A DNA stretch of 64,000 bases from Octopus sinensis (taxonomy: Eukaryota), in NCBI RefSeq assembly GCF_006345805.1, contig NC_043004.1, positions 44,206,001-44,270,000 of the forward strand. Reading direction: 5' to 3'. Position numbers and translations under genes: made by a program. Positions 54,820 through 64,000 of the stretch are shown one piece after another. Below the pieces are notes generated by a model. The model made no database searches, was not told where the DNA came from, and saw nothing but the letters and a program-made list of their open reading frames with translations. Numbering within the stretch: the first letter of the stretch is position 1; every line of letters begins with the position of its first letter.

Positions 54820-56049
54820 TAAATATATATATTTATTTATATATATATATACATATACATACATATATATATATACACATATATATATATATATTCATAT
54901 ATATGTGTTTGTCTGTATTTTTATATGCACACACATCAGACACACACACACACACACTCACTCACACACATTTAATTACAAATACATTGCATGTGTGGGT
55001 ATGTGTGAGTGTGTACGTGCGTGTGTGCGTTCGTACGTGAGCGTGCATGTAAATCTAGGTAAAAGTTGACTGTGTTCTTTTCCATGTTAGTTTGCGAGGG
55101 ACAGCCAAGTTAACAAAAGTTTTGCCGGAGATCCTGATAAAAGTTGACACATCTTCCCCAGAGAAAACAAGATTCAATGTTTACATGCACAGCGTAAATA
55201 TACTTTGAGCTTTTGCGATGTCATGAATACAAATTTGAGTGTGTAGTGCATGTGATCATGTGTTGACGTTTACATGCATGTGTATTATTGTATTCGTGTC
55301 GCATGTACATGGGATTTGATATTTGCATATATATTTTGCACTGCATGTTGATGTGTATCAGACTCGGTTCTACAACCTTCGTGTTTTTTTCCATGTATAC
55401 ATGCAAATTTCGACGTTTATTATACCAAAGTAGAAAATTCTTATTACGTTTGTGTTTCTATTTATGCATCTCACTTGTTTCTAACTTTAATATATATATA
55501 TATATATTATATATATATATATATATAATATATATATATATACATACATGTGTGTGTGTGTATATATCTATATCTATATATATGTATATATAGGTATATA
55601 TATTTGTATATATATATATGAGCGTATGAGTTTTGGTTTAGATGCACATCATATGAAAGCAGTTTCATTTGCATGTGTCTTTAACGAGAGAGCTCGCTTC
55701 CGCACTTCTCAGTCAAATAGGTCCGCTACAGTTTCACTGTACGTTGTTTGGAGTGAGAGAGTTATAGACCCGGGTCGACCAAAGCCTTCTGAATGTACTT
55801 GTTAGAGGAAAACATATTTGTATATAATAAGAGAAGATGGAAATAGACTGAAAGACTAGTACCAAATCCATCCTCTGCTTCATTAATTGATTATTATCAC
55901 AATTAACACCGCGGAATTTCTGACGTAGATCCAGCTGAAATATGTCCCAACTGGAGCAGGTGACACTAAGTAGCTGAAACCGTGCCAGTGCTTTACTCAA
56001 CACATCAACACGCTAACTTACATATACCGATTAGTCCAAAATATAATAT

Positions 56050-56092
<43 letters not shown>

Positions 56093-56099
56093 TTATATA

Positions 56100-58570
56100 T
56101 ATAAGTCAGTAAACGGTGGGGTTGTATTCACCACACGTGGAAAAATTATCGGAAGGAAAAAAATAATAATAATAAGGCAGAATGCTAAACTGAAAGCAAA
56201 TTTTAATATAAATGAGTGTAAGAAAGATTGAAAAGGGTTTCAAAACGGCTTTCATTGCATGGCAACTTTTGAATGTAAGAAAGAGGAAAAAATATTAAAG
56301 TGTTTTTCAAAAAAATAATAAATATATACAGAAATAAATAAATAAATATACCAATACATCATAGTGATTAGGATGCATGTGTTTCATTGTAGTGTTTTGC
56401 TCGAGAAGGTTGGATGTTTATGTGTCAAACAGGAAACGGGTAGGAGTTAGCTAGTCCCTATGGATAAGGGGTAATTCTGTGGGTTTTATACTCTTTAATT
56501 GGAATGCTGGATTTTTTGTCAAGAGGACGCTTATGTCTGTTCTTAGAAATACAAGTAACAAATGTATATGTATTTAATTAGGTGGGCTTGAAAAAGGAAT
56601 ACTGTCACCGTGGGGTTTGCATATTAAGAAGCGTTTGGAAATTTTCAGTGAAAAGATTCTCTTTGTTTATTCTTTCTTGTGTAGAGATTCCGTCTTTACA
56701 TTGATAGAAAGGGAATATAAGAAATTTGGAATTTTTATTTCTAGTACAAGAGTCTATGTGGCCACTGAGTAGAATTTTACGGTATTGTGGGAGATTTATC
56801 TGTTCTCTATGTACTGCTACACTTCTGCGTGAAGAAAGGTTCGTCTGTCCTGTTCGATGTAATTGTGTTGGCGACCTGCGCATGTAAGAACGTAAATGAG
56901 GTTCTCGGAGGAACAAGAGAAGTTAGTTTTGATTTTTAAACTTTGTTCCTTGTTTGAAAGTAAATTCAGAGACTTCACGTAGGTTGGGGCAGGTAACACA
57001 GTTAGGGCGTGCACATTTTTTAACTAATGGGGGTGGATGTTGTGTGTGTAGTTTGGTATTGGTTAAGAGTTTTTTGAAGGATTTATGTTGCCTTTTATAT
57101 TTAAGGATTTTATGTGTATTGATAATATTATTTATTTTTGGGTTCGTGGTCAGTAAGGGGAGGTTTTGTATGATTGTGGTGTATGCTTCGATGTTTTGGG
57201 GGTTTTGCGTGGAAATGTATGGAAGTGTTTTCAGGTTGTGTGTATTACTGTATTGAATAGTTCTCAGTATGTTATTGTCGAGTTCCATGGCACGTTTTAT
57301 TCCATAGTCTATGAGTGTGGAGGGATTTTGGCGTTTTAACAGTGTTCTTTTTAGGTCTTGTAGGCGCATTTCTCGAGCGGTTGGGTCAGAGAGACAATGG
57401 TGCAAATGCTTTTAGCTAAGTTGAAGAGGATATTCATCTTGGTGTGTTTTTGGTGGCATGAACTAAAGAGGAGGTATTGTTGTGAGTATGTAGGTTTGTG
57501 GTAGATGTCTGTTGTGATTTGGTTCTCAGGTGGTTTTATAGTTAGGAGATCAAGAAAATGGAGATGAAGTTTGCTGAATTCCATAGTGAATTGCATGTTG
57601 GGATGTATGTTGTTAAGTGTGGTTTGAATTCCAGAAGTTTTTCACAAGGTTTATTTCCATATGATGAAACAATCGTCTTAGTATCTTTTCCGGTTTTCCA
57701 TTAAGTAGATGTGGAAAAGGTCTCCAAATTTCTGGCGTGATATCTCATGAAGTGATAGTTCGAAGAAACCCATTATGAGGTTCGCAAGGACTGGTGCAGC
57801 TTTGGTACCCATCGCGATAACACATTTTTGACGGCAGTGTGTGTGTTTCGAACAGGAAGTAATTGTTTTTCAGAATGAACTTCAGTGATTCCGTAATGAA
57901 GGTCTTAATAATGCGGTTAGGAAATGCTTCTGGGTGTTTCTTCAGCCGGAAATCAATTGCCTCAATACCATATTCATGTGGGATGTTGGTATAGAGGTTG
58001 ATAACATCAAAGAAAACCAAGAATGCCTCCTCGTTGGTTGTTTTCGGGAGGTGGTTGGGAATGCCAAGATCATCTCTAACGAAAATTTGATGTGACTGGG
58101 GAAAGGCTTTAAAAGTATGACCAGGAAATTGCTTATTCGGTGTGTTTCATAGGAGGTGACAGCTATAATGGGTCTTACTTTTAAATCTTCCGGTGCCTTG
58201 ATGTTGATGTGGGTGTCAGATGAGAGTTTACAGGCTTCGGTGATGGATTTGTTTTTATGGAATTTAGGGAGGTCATAGAAGAGCCTGTGCTTGTATTTGC
58301 AATTAGTGATGTAATCCATTTCTTTTTCCATGAGCCCATGACCGTGTTGGAGTATAAGAGTGGGGAGGTTTTTGAGTGTTTTTTGTTGTTTATAGTTAGT
58401 GATTATTTCATAGAAAGAGTTGTCGTTTAGTAAGAAGAGTACTAGGTGTTTCTAAAAATGTGTGTCCATAAGAACTATAGTACTACCTTTGTCGGCTTCT
58501 TTGGAGCCGTGGTGTTGATCGTATTTTCCTGTTTATTATGTTGTCCGTATGATTAGTATCTTTGAGACTG
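56100..58570 (-). mobile_element. Penelope-like element (RT + Cys-rich linker + GIY-YIG; Neptune-like), 5'-truncated and inactive
   Basis: EADKGS (58485-58496), LPKFHK..RPII, FDVINLYTNIPH..NNYF, KRY*DDCFIIW (57672-57683; stop in the YxDD motif), FLDL..TDIYHKPT..YL.FSSCH, CARPNCVTC linker, NLIYVLTCAG..NYI, and GIY-YIG C-terminus H...IFPFY..R..KE..LLN. The 3' UTR runs into (TA)n at about 56100. Confidence 0.92.
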
Positions 58571-58635
58571 TAAAATAATGTATTTGTCTAACTTATGCTA
58601 GCATAGAAAAACTGACGTAAATGCAAACGAGTATG

Positions 58636-59164
58636 CAGTATTGCCTCGATATACTAGTTAATTAAGTTAATTTATTCCACAAAACTCGTAAAAGAGAGCA
58701 ATAACTTTCCTTAGTAGCAATGTCGTAAATCGTGATTTGTTCCCGTAAAAATATTTTACCTATACAATTTATAACACTCGTAAATAAATGGCAATAAATT
58801 AACAGTAAAATGTAAAGAATACTTTATGTAAAAGAAAAAGAATGTCAACATCATGTATAATAAAAAAAATTTAGAATAGACTCGCACTAGACTCACACAC
58901 ACCATCAACTGTAGATGCCATCGACGATACACAAGCACTTGTAGACGGACTTGTAAATTTCTTTTAAAAAACAGTCTAGAATTCTTTGCTTAAAAGCATT
59001 TTTTTAATTTCTCTATAAATTTCTCAGCAATACGCAGAAGCATTCGTTATGGTAGTTGAAACTTTTGCACTTACTTTGAAATTTGGATATTTATATTCAT
59101 TGTTAAATAAAACTAGTAAACCCGGGTCTCGTAAACCGGGTCCTCGTAAAGTGAGGTATTACTG
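58636..59164. mobile_element. Tigger/pogo-like MITE (diverged)
   Basis: Imperfect TIRs CAGTATTGCCTCGATATACTAG / CTCGTAAAGTGAGGTATTACTG, with TA on the right side. Confidence 0.45.
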
Positions 59165-59676
59165 TATATTTCTAATGCTATAAACGTGCAGAGCATTGCT
59201 TCGTTAGTTTTTCAAGTATTAGTAAATATATCCCAGATGTATAAAGGGCTACGTGATAATCGGATTTTATTTGCAACTAGATTGTTCTTTTCCATTCCGA
59301 TCTGAGACACCTTCATTGAATAAAATCGTATTTGATGATAGGCCGAATCGCAAGTCGCATACTTAATATGTTGTTTTCTTATCAGCCTTGCACGTTCTGA
59401 CAGATTGTATATGATGTTGCATTAACTCCTGTAATTTCTGCAACAAGAATGCTTCTTCTTCCAAAGACTAGAAATTGTTAATACTTCCGAGCGAAATTCG
59501 GTGGGCGAGAGCTCCTCGTGTATATATATACTTGGTGGGTCTATCGTGTATGTGTGTATATATATATATATATTATATATATATTATATATATATATATG
59601 TGTGTGGTGTGTGTGTATGTGTGCGTGTGTGTGTATGTATGTATATGTATATATGTATATGTACATATATATATAC

Positions 59677-59755
<79 letters not shown>

Positions 59756-59809
59756 ATATATATGCATACACGTACATGCATATATACACACATGCATGTA
59801 TATATATAA

Positions 59810-60290
59810 TTCAAATTTACAGAAAACAAAAGGTAGGTGAATGAACAATAAGTACGCGTATTAAGTTAACGCTCGGGAAAAAGGGGAAAGTCTTTGACGT
59901 TTCAGCCATGGCTCTACAACAGACAGGAAGCATTAGGAGGTAAAAAAGAAACAGAGAAAACAAATGTTTAAGGATTAATGGTTCAAGATGAAGTGACCGG
60001 TGGTGGTGGATGAAAGTTAGCTTCAAGCAATCCGTAGGAAATATAAAAATCAACTTTTAGGGACAATAGTGACTTATTGAGACGAAAGGTTGCGGTGGAC
60101 TTTTTTCGTATCAAAGTACGATAAGTTGAGGGAAGTTCTTTTTTATATTTCAGGGTAGGCGACCAGGTTTGCTGGATGGGCGAATAAGAATACAAGTGTT
60201 AAAGAAAGGAGTAGATGAAATTCGGGTTACATATTTTTCATGGTAGGCACAACCTTATAAGTGGTAAAGAGCCAATCGAGATCTATACTG
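59810..60290 (-). mobile_element. 3' end of a second Penelope-like family with an eroded hammerhead (59890-59925), ending in (TA)n
   Basis: Minus strand CTGTTGTA-GAGC(catg)GCT-GAAA-CG-TC-AAAGAC. The downstream sequence resembles 53403-53499 (AAAGACTTT..CC.GAGCGT..ACT.AATAC). Confidence 0.6.
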
Positions 60291-60474
60291 CAGGTCACAC
60301 TTCAGGTCAAGGATATCAGGATTAAATGAAAAGTTTATATTATTGCAATGGAGTACATGTTAAGTCATGGCAGATTCACTCAGAAAGTTATTTAATATAC
60401 ATATATATACATAAATGTATGTGCGTGTATGTCTGTATGTGTGTACATGCATATGTCTATAACTAGCAATAGCT

Positions 60475-60576
60475 ATAGATAGAAAGATAGATAGATAGAT
60501 ATACAGATAGATAGACAGATAGTCAGATAGACAGATAGATAGATAGATAGAGATAGATAGATAGATAGATAGATAG

Positions 60577-60615
<39 letters not shown>

Positions 60616-60653
60616 AAGATAGATGGATAGATAGATGGATAGATAGCTGGATG

Positions 60654-60711
<58 letters not shown>

Positions 60712-60920
60712 CAGACAGATAGTTGTAGGTAGGTATGTAAGTAGGTAGGTAGGTAGGCATGTAGGTAAGTAGGGAGGCAAGTATGTATGTACGTATGTAT
60801 GTATGTATGTATGTATGTATGTATGTATGTATGTATGTATGTATGTATGTAGGTAGGTAGGTAGGTAGGTAAGTAGGTAGGTAGGTAGGTAGGTAGATAG
60901 GTAGGTAGGTAGGTAGGTAA
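60475..60920. repeat. Compound tetranucleotide array (GATA)n-(TAGG)n-(GTAT)n-(TAGG)n
   Basis: Directly visible. Confidence 0.95.
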
Positions 60921-62599
60921 ATATCTAGATGCTATTGATAATGCTTTAGGTACAGATATATCAGCACAGGATACTACCATCTTTCGTTTGTCAACGGAGT
61001 TTTCTGTTTCTGGTTCGACACTGACTTGTTAACGCCACTGTCAACAATTCAATGGATTCTTATAAAGCAACGTCGCTATTGCCCGCGATTTCCGAGAAAA
61101 TATTTACTAACAAATAAATACTTATTATCAATAATGACTGCTTAGTTTGAACTTTTGCTTGTTCTGGTTGCTCAAAGCGAATATTAGAGAGACTCCTAGC
61201 AAACATTCAACATTAATAAGTACTATTTTAAATCTACATCTAGTTTTGAGTTTTTTGTGTTCATTGAATGTTTAGTGTGTTTAAGTATAAAAGCCTGTAA
61301 AACAAGTTATTAAATATGTTTATGTCCATTTATGTGTGTGCAAGGTTTATGTGTGTCGCACTGTGTATCAAGCTGTTTGTCTGTCAGCCTGTATATGTAT
61401 GTGAGCGCTTACAAGTAGATATAAGCAGCTGGTATATCTATGTAAATATAGGCATCTTGAGACGTAATACATTTTTGGTTTGTGTTTCTATATTTTCTGA
61501 CATTTATATTCATTAGATGCATATTTACATATACATGTATATTCATGTGTTCGTGATTGTGGGTCTGTGTAAGTATAAATGAATATATCTATACGTATAC
61601 GTTTGTGACTGTGTAAGCTTGTCTGTATGGGTATAATAAATATAAATATATGCGTACATTTGAAGTTGATATGCATTAATACTTTGAATTTATTTTATCA
61701 AGAATCTTACGTCGAGTTTGTCGTATGTAATATGATACTTAAATCTTTTATTCGATTCAATATTCTCCAGACTTCTTTATACCGTAATTGCGAGCTCCTT
61801 CCTTATTTTATTGCCGTAAAAAATATAGGTGTTATATATTTCCATGTAATAGCAACCATTTCGATATCATACGTATTAGTATTTTGTTTTCTGCTTTTTA
61901 TATTTTCTCTCGTAGATTTGTGTGTAATTTTTCTTCGCAATATGCCTTAACTTTCAGCAAATAACTATATCAAAACGTCTTGAAGTCTTATATTGCGCAA
62001 AAACATTATAAAGTAATATAGACTTGAGGATACTAATTATTATTCATACTTATCATCAAAAAGGATGGCTTTGTCATTATGCTTTAACGTAGTTATCTAT
62101 AATTCTAACACAAGGTATACCTACGTGTTTGTAAAAAAACTGAATATCGTGTCTTGATGTTTTTCCATACCGCTAATGTAGTCTACGTGCAATGTCGCTT
62201 TGGTACTTTTTGCATGAAATCGTTATATCACTACTTTTTTTTACTCATTTTTCTTTTCTTTTTTTTTTCTCCTGTTATTTATTGTGAAAAGTCTACAAAA
62301 TTTATGGAGTGTTGTAATAGCACAGAAAACAAGAATATGCTTGCTGTGCAAGAAAGTTTATATGTTGATTATAGGTTGATAAAAAGAATTGGGAGTAATT
62401 CGTGATTATGATAAAATTTAGATCTAATACTTCACGATTTTCTTAGTTTAAAACCTGCCATTGTTTGGTTTGTTATTCTTCTGGAGTCGAGAAAATGAAA
62501 CTACGAGAGATGTATGAGGATAAAAACTAACCGACTCGACATCTCTCCCAAAATTAGCAGACTTGTTTCATTGTTAGAAGCTATATTTATAAAACGGTG

Positions 62600-62830
62600 A
62601 CTAGGCAGAAACGTTAGCATGCCGAAAAATATCTACTTAGCGACATTTATTCTTGTTTTACTCTCTGAGTTCAAATGCTGCTACAGTAGACTTTGCTTTA
62701 TACCGTTTCGGACTGAAAAATTAATTACCGATTGGGGATTGTAGTTGATACAATCGACTCGAACAATCGACTCACCGCACTCGAACAAAAAATTCAGGCT
62801 TTGTTCTTATAGCAGAAAGGATTATTTTTT
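62600..62830 (+). mobile_element. Diverged SINE family C
   Basis: GGCAGAAACGTTAGCATGCC...CTGAGTTCAAAT...GACTTTGCTTT. Confidence 0.6.
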
Positions 62831-63789
62831 TTTGTGATATTTGTAAATGGAAAACATCGTTTCGTAGCTTACAATTTATCATCAAATTTCTTACTTTCCA
62901 CGAAGTAATTTTGGTTTTAGTTTTACCATTTTGTTATTAAATCCCTTTGCAGAAGATTTTTAAAGTCTATTAACTGAAATTGCCTCTTAGAAAAATGGAG
63001 AGGAGCATAACAGGACTTCTCACATCGAGATTGAAGATACATTTTCAAAAAGCCACTATGAACATAATTTGCCACCACTACTTGCTAGACTGAAAGCAAA
63101 ATGCAGGAATAAAAATGTCGACGCCAAGAACAAAATCAACGCGCAGAGATGTGAACCCAAGACTACAATTACTACTTCTCCCTGCTACAAATACTAGCAA
63201 ACAACAACAGCAGTGACAAGCAAGACAAATAGATCGTTGAAACAAACATGGCATCTACCAGTTCCATCATCAGCACAGACTTCAATACAATAACGACAGT
63301 AAATACAGAGGGTGGCAAACGAAATGAAAATAGGCTTGCGTATCTATGCAGAAAATTGGAGGTTAGATGAATAATTTAGAAATACAAATTTCCTCTCTGC
63401 AAAGATGTTTGAAAGATTTATCTAAACTGCATCAAATTCAATACGTAACCCAAACCTGAACAACATATTATAGAAATGAATTTAATTCAAAACGAAATGG
63501 ATTTAGTAAGCAATTCAGGCCGAGATTGAAAAGTTCATAAACTATCCTGTAGCATAAAATCTTACGTCACCGTAAAAGTAAAAACAACGTTTCATAACAA
63601 AGAAGCGACAATCGAATTTTGTTTTTTAAATCTCTATAATGCGAAGATCTGTTTCTGAATTGCAACACTCCTCAGTCGGAGAGAAATAACAAAAGATGTG
63701 GCTGAATTACAACCAGAACTGGTCAGCTACTAGGAAGGAACTGTCAGGCTGAGTAAAGCAGTTTTGAGTAAGCAACGAATTGAAACATG

Positions 63790-64000
63790 AAATTCATTAC
63801 AATATATTTCAACAATGCGGAAATGTTTATCAAAGTAAGTATCGTTATAATCAACACGTTTTTGCCAACGAGGTACAAGTTTGTTTATTCCGGTAACATA
63901 GAAATCTGGAGTTCTGGAGCTGATGAACTCTTTCAACCCATTTTCAGCAGCGGTTTGATTTTTGAACTCCTTCACTCGCAGGAGACCATCAAGGTGCTTG
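63790..64000 (-). mobile_element. Mariner transposase C-terminal fragment (continues beyond the window end)
   Basis: KHLDGLLRVKEFKNQTAAENGLKEFISSRTPDFYVTGINKLVPRWQKRVDYNDTYFD matches the mariner GK.F...F...K...FY..GI.KL..RW.K....G.YF terminus. Confidence 0.85.

Overview
AT-rich animal genomic DNA with no identifiable intact protein-coding gene, tRNA/rRNA gene or CRISPR array. The tRNA-headed SINE families and dense (TA)n/(TAA)n/(GATA)n arrays look to me like an Octopus (cephalopod) genome; this is recognition from memory, not a database search. Most ORF-track entries are microsatellite translations or short spurious ORFs; several others are fragments of the decayed elements below. The window holds decayed mobile elements: at least four SINE families, eight copies of a ~400-450 bp MITE (29-bp TIRs, 8-bp TSDs, internal TTAGGG tract), Ty3/Gypsy pol, Penelope-like RT+GIY-YIG, two R4/Dong-type RLE 3' ends, and Tx1, Helitron and mariner fragments. 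The most striking signal is a cluster of type I hammerhead ribozymes at 50.2-53.5 kb. It holds at least five unrelated sequences, each ending in a (TA)n array; two are structurally intact. A Penelope-like element that also ends in (TA)n lies 2.6 kb downstream. Several fold-back palindromes also sit at (TA)n arrays, one about 1 kb long and one that breaks inside a ribozyme core. One candidate internal exon lies at 48166-48347.
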